NCBI GenBank assembly: GCA_951406725.2
Contig: OX597815.1
Span: 69,192,001-69,256,000, forward strand
Reading direction: 5' to 3'
From: Octopus vulgaris
Lineage: Eukaryota
Length of the DNA: 64,000 nt
The notes beneath the pieces are model-generated. The model saw nothing but the letters and a program-made list of their open reading frames with translations. It had not been told where the DNA came from and did no database searches. The first letter of the stretch is position 1; each line of letters starts with the position of its first letter. Below, piece by piece: positions 54,179-64,000 of this stretch. The position numbers were made by a program, and so were the translations under genes.

Positions 54179-55426
54179 TTGGGTTGTCTGGAAAGTTCGT
54201 GCCGATTTATAGTAGCTTACTTTTCGACTTATTTTAGAACATGGTTGAGTCCATAAAATAGGATTTTACTACACCTCCATTTAGAGTAAAGTTTAAGCTA
54301 TCTTTTCATGGAAGAAGGTTTATGTTCCTATAACCTGTGTTAATTCTGTAACCTTTTAAAATGAAAGATAAAAAAGTTCATTTTCGGCACTTGATGCTTT
54401 TCTTTTTCCGTAAAGGGAAAAATGGCTCACAAGCAACCAAAGAAATATATGTAGTTTACGGTGATGTTTCTTTATCTGATAGAACTGTACGGAAGTGTTT
54501 GACAAGGTTCTGAGCTGGAGATTGTAGCCTTATTGATAAAGAACGATCAGGCAGACCATCCACTACAGATGATGACCAAATCAAGTCAATAATTGAGAAT
54601 AACCCACATTGCACAACCCGAGAATTGGCAAAAAGCCTCAACCTATCAAAATCCGTTGTTTATGGGCACCTGGTAAAGCTTGGGTACACAAATCGCTAAG
54701 ATGTTTGGGTACCACATGAGTTGAGTGAGAAGAACCTTTTGGATCGCATTTCCATCTGTGATTTGCTTTATAAATGGAATAAAAACGTGCCTTTTTTAAA
54801 GCAAATTGTGACAGGTGATGAGAAATGGATTATCTACCGAAATTTTCAGAGAAAGCAATCCTGGAGTAAGTGACATGAGCCACCCTTAGCCACCCCAAAA
54901 GTGATTCTTCACCCTAAAAAAGTCTTGCTTTGTATCTGGTGGGATTGGAAAGGAATTCTGTACTATGAGCTTCTCCTCAGTAACCAGACAATTAATTCTG
55001 AGAAATACTACACACAACTGGATGAGTTAAAAGCAGTATTTCAAGAGAGAAGGGTGTTGTTTTCCAACATGATAATGTAAGACCACACGTTTATTTGGGA
55101 ATCAGACAAAAATTGCTGCAGCTTGGCTGGGATGTGTTACTCCACCCTCCATATTCACCAGATATTGCTCCTTTGGATTTCCACTTATTAAGGTCTCTGC
55201 AGTAAAAATTTCAATTCCTTGGATGACGTAAAAAGATACCTTGATGAATTCTTTGCCATGAAACCACCTTAATTCTGGGAAGAGGGTATTTTCAATTTAA
55301 AGGAAAGATGGAGACACATTGTGCAACAAAATGGTTCATATTTGGTTGATTAAAAATGTAATGGCAAGTATTTATTGACCTTTTTCTTTCCTTTAAAAAT
55401 CGGCATGAACTTTCCAGACAACCCAA
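54179..55426 (+). mobile_element. Near full-length mariner transposon relic nested in SINE A (53994-55660)
   Basis: TIRs TTGGGTTGTCTGGAAAGTTCGTGCCGATTT and AAATCGGCATGAACTTTCCAGACAACCCAA with a TA TSD. ATG at 54361 (MKDKKVHFRH), with WVPHEL, IVTGDEKW and HPPYSPDIAP motifs. Several stops. Confidence 0.95.
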
Positions 55427-56449
55427 TATATATATATCTGTGTGAGTGTCTTTGTGTTTGTGTTTGTACCCTCATCACTGCTTGACAACCAGTGCTGCTG
55501 TGTTAGCATCACCGTAACTTAGTGGTTCAGCAAAAGAGACTGATAGAATAAGTATTAGGCCTTGAAAAAATATAAGTACTGGGATTGATTCATTTGACTA
55601 AAAATTCAAGGTGGTGCCCCAGCATGACCACAGCCTAATGATCGAAACAAATAAAGGAATTTTAAAAATGAAAGAATATATGTGTGTGTGTGTGTGTATG
55701 TAGGTATACATACACACACACACAAACATGCATGTGTAATCATCATCATTTAATGTTTATGTTCTATACTGACATGATTTGGATAGTTTCACAGAATCCA
55801 AGGACCACATTGTGCTTTACTGTCAACTTTGGCATGGCTTCTGTGGACCTTTCCTAATGCCAACCATTTTACTGTGTAAATTGGGGGGGGGGGGCTTTTT
55901 TCTTGTATGTGTCACCAACAATAGTGAGATCCCCATGTAGCTCACAAGACTATGGACCTTGAGAGATGGGAATGGGTGAAGGGTTAAATTTAATGAATGA
56001 AAAACAAGTGTTGCAGGGTGAATGTAATGAATAATGGAAAGAAGAAGGGTGCATGTGGGTAAAGAACAGTAGGATAGCAGTGTTGATACAGTAGACAGGG
56101 AAAGAGACAAGGAGAGATGATGGAGGTATGGTTAAGGAAGTTGCCAGACAGTGGTAGCAGAAGAGAGGCAGATGTAGTGGGTGGGGAGAGCACAAAGTGT
56201 ATGATATATGGTGGGGGAGAAAGAGGCATAATTTGGTGGCTCAGAATGGGATGATCAATGTAAAATGTGGATGGAGAGGGCAATATAAGAATGAATATCG
56301 AGTGAAATGGTTCTGGGCAATGAGAAAGGTTAGTGGAAAGCTGCAGTTAGAGAGATGATGGGTGTTAGGGATGTTTTGGAGAGGAAATTGGGTGAAGGGC
56401 TTTGTTGCACATATATATACACATACAGTACTATCAGAACTTAGTTTCA

Positions 56450-56890
56450 CCGATTTGGGTATGCCTTCTCAAGAAGCATGTATCCTCAGTGATCCTGGTC
56501 CTCTGTCATCTCCTTGAGATTAAGGATCCTGAGATCAGCCTTCACCACTTTGCACCATGTCTTCCTGGGTGCACCATGTCTCTTTCATAAGCTCCATCCA
56601 CATTAAGTGATCAGCATGTCTTTATACAGCTGTCCTCATCCATATACATCTCAATCCATACCAACACAGTCTTCTTTCTTGCATGGTACATCTGATTCTT
56701 CTTATGCTCAGTTTTTTTCTCAGCATATTCGTACTATGTCATTCAGGCACACTTGCATTGTACATTAAGTGGAGCATGTTCACTTAATTTCTTTCCAGCC
56801 TTCACAAATCCTCTGCATTCATGATGTTGCTAAAATTACAATGCCATCCACCAAAAAGATTGCTTTGGATTAAATGTAGCAACACCTCTA
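56450..56890 (-). mobile_element. Old RTE 3' ORF fragment
   Basis: Similar to 19320-19680 and to the reverse complement of 60580-60900. Confidence 0.7.
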
Positions 56891-57443
56891 CTATGGAATA
56901 CATACATACATACATACATACATACATACATACATACATACATACATACATACATACATACATACATGCATACATACACACAAACATACATACATGCACA
57001 CACACATGCATATACGCATACATACATATACACATACATATGCATACATTTACACATACATACATATATGAAAGTGTGTGGCCTAGTGATTAGGGTGTTG
57101 CACATATGACCACCAGATCATGGGTTTGATTCCTGGGCCAGGTAGTATGTTGTGCCCTTGAGCAAAACACGTCATTTCCCGTTGCTCTAGTACTGTGTGG
57201 AGACCAGCATGCCAAAGAGTAGACCTAATGTTTCTTCTGCATGTCATAAAAGGCAACTAAAAGAGGCTGAGTTAGGATTTGCACTCCGATCTCATGAAAT
57301 TCTCATCAACATTGACTACCTTAACAGAGCTATAGGTTGCAGGATTGTTGCCTGTGATGATGTAAAGGTGCCATTCATCAGGAGTAGGGAATCACCAACA
57401 AATGGTGGATGCAGTGATGCACTGTTACTGCACATTTTCCCAG

Positions 57444-57476
<33 letters not shown>

Positions 57477-57704
57477 GCTACCCATTTAAATTTCTACCAA
57501 GTGCAAACATAACAGACCAGACATAGTTATTTGGGACAGGAAAGAAAAGTCATGTTAAATCAAGGAGGATAATTACCCTGTAGATGTGGGAGAATATTAC
57601 AGTGAGAAGGGGAATATTTACAGACAAGTGCTTCAAAATCTGCATCTCCTCAACGCTAATTATAAATTTACATCTATACAAGTAATCACTCACACACTTA
57701 ATTA

Positions 57705-58054
57705 TACTCTTTTACTCTTTTTACTCTTTTACTTGTTTCAGTCATTTGACTGCGACCATGCTGGAGCACCGCCTTTAGTCGAGCAAATCGACCCAAGGAC
57801 TTATTCGTTGTAAGCCTAGTACTTATTCTATCGATCCCTTTTGCCGAACTGCTAAGTTACGGGGGATGTAAACACACCAGCATTGGTTGTCAAGCGATGT
57901 TGGGTGGGGACAAACACAGACACACAAACATATACACACATACTTAGATATGTATATATATACATATATACGACGGGCTTCTTTCAGTTTTAATCTACCA
58001 AATCCACTCACAAGGCTTTGGTCAGCCTGAGGCTATAGTAGAAGACACTTGCCC
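57705..58054 (-). mobile_element. SINE family A truncated by the RTE insertion
   Basis: Matches family A up to gaagacacttgccc. The tRNA head is missing. Confidence 0.88.
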
Positions 58055-61000
58055 TTTTAACCTCGTATACAAGAAGTAAGGTGGAGAGGAGGTTCCGCTA
58101 GGTTCCTCACAGGCAAAGAACACAGGTACAAGATTTTCTGGGCAGGGAACACCGACGGGGTCGGGGGCGTGGGTATACTTCTTGCGGAGAAATGGGTTGA
58201 TAAGGTAATCGAGGTAGTCAGAGTATGTGACAGAGTACTTAAGATTAGATTAGTGCTTCACCTTAGGTCAGCTACCATTATCTTGGCCTATGCCCCTCAG
58301 CCAGGGCTACCGGAGGGGCAGAAAGACCGATTCTATGACACCCTATTGCAGACGAACGACAGAGACCTTTTTGTGGCTGGTGATTTCAATGGACATGTTG
58401 AACAACGTGTAGGGGGCTTCCATGGTATACATGGAAGCTATGGTTTTGGTTCCCGCAATGAGGAGGGAACCAGACTGCTGGAGTTCTGCGATGCAAATGA
58501 TCTTATGGTTTGCAATACTAACTTCAGGAAACCCGCCCGTCACCTAATCACCTATCGTTCTGGCAGACACACCAGCCAAATTGACTATATCCTCGCCAGA
58601 AAACGGGAAAGAGGGCTGCTTATAAATGCCAAAACCTTCCCAGGCGAAGAATGTACCCCTCATCATAGATTAGCAGTTAGCGACTTCAGGATCGGGGCTG
58701 AACGGATGCCCAGAAGAAGACCAGCCTGGAGGAGAAGGGTCTGGAAACATAAAGATCCTGCAAATGGGCAGAGATTTAGAAACGTATTACTCGAAGCCTT
58801 TGATAAAATAGAAGGGGATATAGCATCACATAATGTGGAAGCCAACTGGAGGTTTCTACGGGACAACCTGCTGAGAGCCACTGACCAGATCTGTGGCTGG
58901 TGCAAAGTCCCCACTCGACCCAAGGTAACGTGGTGGTGGAAGAATGTGGTTGACAGGGCTATTAGACAAAAGAAACAGGCTTGGAAGGACTGGAAGAACG
59001 GAGGTAGCAGGGAACTGTATAAGATTGCCAGAAGGGAAGCTAGGAGACAGGTTTATTTAGCTAGAGGGGAAGCAGATAAGAAAAAATTTGCCAATGTTCT
59101 GCGCCGTGAGGACCAAAGACTTGAGGTATTTCGTGTTACAAGACAGTGTGTGAGAGAGAATCGTGATGTGGTAGGAGAGAAATGTGTTCGCATGAATGAT
59201 GGTTCACTTGCGCTAAATGAGGATGCAAAGAGAGAGGTTTGGAGACGCCACTATGAAAGGTTGCTGAATAAAGAAAATGAATGGGATAAAGAGAGTCTGC
59301 CGAATGTCGACCCAACAGAGGGACCAGCTATCCGAGTTGACAGTTCTTTGGTAGTTAAGGCAATTAGAAGACAGGGAAAGCCCCAGGCCCATCAGGAATT
59401 ACTGCACTGCAGAGATGCTCAAAATATCTGACAGTGTCAGCTATAGCCTAGTCACCCATATAGTTAACCAGATGATACACGAAGGAGTCATACCCAATGA
59501 CTGGTGTAGCAGGATAATAGTCAACTGCTACAAAGGTAAAGGTGACGCCCTAGATACAAATAATTACAGAGGTATCAAGCTGTTGGATCAGGTAATGAAG
59601 GTTACGGAGAGGGTCATAGCCCAACTGATTAGAGAGAGAGTCAACTCGGATGAGATGCAGTTTGGGTTCGTGCCAGGGAAAAGCACCACTGATGCCATAT
59701 TTCTGGTGAGACAGCTGCAGGAGAAATACCTAGCCAAAGATAAGCCCCTGTACCTGGCTTTTGTTGACATGGAGAAAGCCTTCGACAGGGTCCCCCGATC
59801 CCTTATCTGGTGGCCAATGAGGAAACTAGGAATAGATGAATGGCTGGTGAGAGCTGTGCAAGCCATGTACAGGGATGCTGTAAGTAAGGTTAGGGTTGGC
59901 AACGTGCATACTGAAGAATTCAAGGTAGAGGTTGGGGTCCACCAGGGTTCAGTCCCCAGCCCCCTCCTATTTATCATAGTCCTCCAGGCAATTACGGAGG
60001 AATTCAAGACAGGATGCCCCTCGTCACGACCTTGCTCTAATTGCTGAGTCACTATCAGAACTGGAGGAGAAGTTTCTGGTGTGGAAGGAGGGATTAGTAT
60101 CGAGGGGCCTTAGAGTCAACCTAGCTAAAACCAAAGTCCTAATAAGTAGGAAGGTAGACAAACCACAAATGCCTTCAGGTAGATAGCTCTGCTCGATCTG
60201 TAGAAAAGGCGTAGGTAGAAACTCTATAAGATGTACCCAGTGTAAGCTATGGACACATAAGAGGTGCAGCAATGTCAAAGGAAGGCTAACTGGGAAGATA
60301 GTTTTTGTATGTGGCAGATGCTCAGGAGCAATAAACACTGAAAATCTGCAGAAAACAACTTCCGTCACTTTCCAGGGGGAAAAACTAGAATTAGTTGATA
60401 GCTTCCGTTATCTAGGTGACCAAGTCAGTAGTGGGGGTGGGTGTGCTGAAAGTGTAACTGCTAGAGTAAGAATAGCCTGGGCAAAGTTCAGGGAGCTCTT
60501 ACCTCTGCTGGTGACTAAAGGCCTCTCGCTCAGAGTAAAAGGCAGACTGTATGATGCATGTGTACGAACAGCCATGCTACATGGCAGTGAAACATGGGCC
60601 GTGACTGCTGAGGACATGCGTAAGCCCGCGAGGAATGAAGCCAGTATGCTCCGATGAATGTGTAATGTCAGTGTGCATACTCGACAGAGTGTTAGTACCT
60701 TGAGAGAAATGTTGGACCTAAGAAGCATCAGCTGTGGTGTGCAAGAGAGACGATTGCGCTGGTATGGTCATGTGGCGAGAATGGATGAAGATAGGTGTGT
60801 GAAAAAGTGCCAATCCCTAGCAGTTGAGGGAACCCGTGGAAGAGGTAGACACAGGAAAACCTGGGACGAGGTGATGAAGCACGACCTTCGAACTTTAGGC
60901 CTCACCGAGGCAATGACTAGCGACCGAGACCTTTGGAAATATGCTGTGCGTGAGAAGACCCGACAGGACGAGTCCAGCCCACTTATGCATGTCTTTCCTC

Positions 61001-61745
61001 CCTTGGACACACAAAGACCTGTTGAGGCTAGCGAAGTCGAAATCGAACCTCATCCGACGACAGGTACCCATGCCAACCTCCCTTCATTGGACACTAAACT
61101 CTGCTTGCGAAGACCTGTTGGGGCAAGTGAAATCGGAATCGAAATTGAACCAATCCTATGACCGCTGGACTGACTCCTGTGTAGGTGGCAAGTGAAGAAA
61201 CACCATTTTGACCCTGTGCTTGAGGAGATCCATTGAGTCAAGTACACCAACATCAAAATCATTGGAAACTGCAGTTGTGATCCCTGAGCCGGTGGCACGT
61301 AAAAAGCACCATCTGAACGTGGCCGATGCCAGCGCCGCCTAGACTGGCTTCCGTGCCGGTGGCACGTAAAAAGCACTATCCGAATCGTGGCCGATGCCAG
61401 CGCCGCCTAGACTGGCTTCCGTGCCGGTGTCACGTAAAAAGCACCGTCCGAATCGTGGCCGATGCCAGCGCCACCTTGACTGGCTTCCGTGCCGGTGGCA
61501 CGTAAAATGCACCAATCCGACCGTGGCCGTTGCCAGCCTCGCCTGGCACCTGTGCAGGTGGCACGTAAAAAGCACCCACTACACTCACGGAGTGGTTGGC
61601 GTTAAGAAGGGCATCCAGTTGTAGAAACACTGCCGGATCAGACTGGAGCCTGATGCAGCCTCCTGGCTTCCCAGATCCCCGGCCGAACCGTCCAACCCAT
61701 GCTAGCATGGAGAACGGACGTTAAACGATGATGATGATGATGATT
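58055..61745 (+). mobile_element. RTE-clade LINE, slightly 5'-truncated and inactivated (APE, RT, PHD finger, 3' UTR, GAT tail)
   Basis: APE motifs IQEVRW, GDFNGH and SQIDYIL. RT motifs NYRGIKLL, QFGFVPGKSTTDAIF, FVDMEKAFDRV and GVHQGS. Lesions are a frameshift near 59370-59410, loss of LLYAD at about 60020, and stops at 60184 and 60655. Confidence 0.97.
61288..61575 (+). repeat. Tandem units of about 68 bp in the RTE 3' UTR
   Basis: gccggtg(g/t)cacgtaaaa at 61288, 61355, 61423 and 61491, plus a partial unit at about 61554. Confidence 0.9.
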
Positions 61746-61867
61746 ATGATATAGTATGCACTAGGGATTTTGACCTTTAAATTTTGGGAAAACAATGCGG
61801 ATTATACTCGAGGATTTACGGTATGTACATACATAAATATAAACATGTACATTTGTACATGCATACA

Positions 61868-62432
61868 TGCATGATGACTGCTTCCTCGTTTTTGAGTATA
61901 GGATGATGATGCTGGTATGTCAAGTTATGCCTGGCATCATGCTTTTTATAGTGAAGTACTAGTCAACATCACTGGCTGCCATCGAGTTACATGTTTTACA
62001 TCAGAATTTTCCCTCCAGTGTGGTATCCTAACAAGAACTAGAGATCATTCACTCCCAGTAATGTGGTACACAGTATCTACATTCTCATTGTCATGGTTCT
62101 TTGCTGACTGAGCCTGTTGTACATGACCATTATTGAAAAGGTGTCAATCCTCTGTGCAACCATGTGTTTTCTGCATCAAAGTCACCAGTTTGTCCACGAT
62201 TGCTGCAGGAAATACTGGTGTGCGTGGGAAATAGCAAGACCAAGCTTGTGTACATAGCATTGGAGGGCTGTTGACTTTAATAAGTTCATCTGTCCTTCAT
62301 CCTGCAGATTACCCAGTCACCCTTCTCACTAAGCAAGCTAAATGGGGTTGCCATATTAGTTGCTGACGACCTCACCATGCAGCAGGTTGTACTGGATAAC
62401 ATGTTGCCCAGTAACATTCACAAGTGATCTGA
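61868..62432 (-). mobile_element. Older copy related to the bipartite RTE-like non-autonomous element
   Basis: Both ends resemble 62858-63411 (ctgcttcctcgtt..gagta; caagc...ggggttgcc...caggttgtactgga..acatgtt...aagtgatctga). Confidence 0.65.
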
Positions 62433-62857
62433 TACAATTTATGCATACATAGACACACATATATACATATATAAGCCCGTCCAACCCATGCTAGCATGGA
62501 AAACGGACGTTACACGATGATGAGGAGGAGGAAGAAATGCATACATAGAAATTTACATACATACACAAACACACATACTTACATACACATACATGCACAT
62601 ATAAACGCAGATACATACATAAATACACACATATGTACTGCATGCATACATACATACATACATACATACATACATACATACATACATACATACATACATA
62701 CATACATACAAATGCACATGTATACATACAAAGATGCAAACATATATACACACATACTTACATGCACACATGTACACACACATACATATATACATACACA
62801 TGCACACACACTCACACATACATACATACATACATACATACATACATACATACATAC

Positions 62858-63411
62858 ATGGTGGCTGCCCCCTCGTTATCGAGTATGGCCATTGCTCGAA
62901 GCTTAATCAATGTTGTTATCGTGCAATGCCTGTGCAAGAAGATATTTTTTTAAAGTGAGGAAAGGCTGTGCACTGAGTCAATTCCACTCACTAAGCAATA
63001 GCAGCCATGATCCGAAAAGAAGAACAAGTCAACATCATCGGTAACCACTGAGCCGCAGGTTTTATGTCGGAGTTATCCCAGTTATCTGAATTACCTTCTC
63101 CTAGAAGGATGCCTTAACAAAGGCTAGGAGTCCTTCACTCCCAATGGTTTAGCCGCGCGATCGGGTATTCAGTCCGATTATTTCTATGTCCCCGCGCATG
63201 ATACAGCCTTAAGACATTTATTGGATGGCCGTTGACTCTCAAGAGTTCCTCCGGCCTTTGACGGGTTTTGTTTTTCATCCCGCAGGGTGTCCAATAAACA
63301 CCCTCCTCACCAAGCAAGCTTGTTGGGGTTGCCGGTTTAGTCGACGACGACCCGACCATGCAACAGGTTGTACTGGGTTACATGTTACCAGTAGCACTCG
63401 AAAGTGACCTG
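62858..63411 (-). mobile_element. Non-autonomous RTE-like element (5' UTR-like part joined to 3' end) within (CATA)n
   Basis: CpG-rich with no meaningful ORF. The minus strand has an RTE-5'UTR-like motif, agcctttgttaaggcatccttctaggagaaggtaa. It is flanked on both sides by (CATA)n. Confidence 0.65.
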
Positions 63412-64000
63412 ACATACATACATACATACATACATACATACATACATACATACATACATACATACATACATACACATACACATGCATGCACACATACATG
63501 CATACACACACATACATACATACACACACACACATACATACAAACATACATGCATACATAAATACATACATGCATACATACATACATACATACATACATA
63601 CATACATACATACATACATACATACATACATAAAACTTCTAGACTTGTGATAGATACATTACATCCTGCCCAGGAAGAGGATATAGCTACTAAACACCAG
63701 ATAAACAAGAGTGACAAAGATGCCATCAAACTTCCACACAGTGACAGAATATGGAAGATATCACATAAGCAACCTCCCCAAAATGTCTGAGATACTACCT
63801 GTTCCTGAGGCATCATATAATTGCAAAGACTATTTACAATGCTATATGCAGGAAGGATTGCTCTGACGTAAAGCTCAAAGATACACCAGAGCCAGCAAGT
63901 ATTCACACTTCAAAATTAAGGTATACTGGTAGAACCCTTCAATAAAAATAGCAGTTAGGTGCCAACATAACAGACGTGATATTATTTTGTGGGACAGGTA

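Noticed and set aside
58169-60047. 420 aa and 210 aa ORFs as an active retrotransposon or host gene
   Set aside because: The element is 5'-truncated, frameshifted, lacks YADD and has downstream stops.
814-63906. Dozens of short ORFs rich in HT, CV, YI, RE, LS or poly-T/P/H
   Set aside because: They are translations of (CA)n, (TA)n, (GA)n, (CATA)n and (GGT)n microsatellites, not genes.
63640-64000. Possible degenerate LINE RT fragment at the window end
   Set aside because: Only a faint MLYA..IAL resemblance, too degenerate to support.

Overview
This window is AT-rich, microsatellite-dense eukaryotic DNA made almost entirely of transposable-element relics. I could not identify any intact host protein-coding gene, tRNA, rRNA or CRISPR array. 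The repeat repertoire suggests an octopod cephalopod (Octopus-like) intron or intergenic region, which is inference from remembered repeat families. It includes RTE LINEs with (GAT)n tails, three tRNA-headed SINE families, mariner/Tc1/maT, hAT and piggyBac MITEs, Helitrons, and Tx1 and Penelope-like pieces. The largest coding remnant is a 5'-truncated, inactivated RTE LINE (58055-61745) with APE endonuclease, RT and an embedded C4HC3 PHD finger. Most short ORFs in the track are translations of microsatellites. The most noteworthy observations are: (1) a complete minimal type I hammerhead ribozyme motif at 30155-30208 beside an inverted repeat; (2) a young composite insertion (about 28158-29715) in which direct and tandem repeats are fused to an RTE 3' tail; (3) a Tc1 tandem duplication whose junction filler matches RTE sequence; (4) bipartite non-autonomous RTE-like elements sitting in (CATA)n; (5) a fold-back mariner; and (6) repeated nesting of elements in the same SINE's central (TA)n tract. 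I found no convincing evidence of a wholly new multi-gene system.
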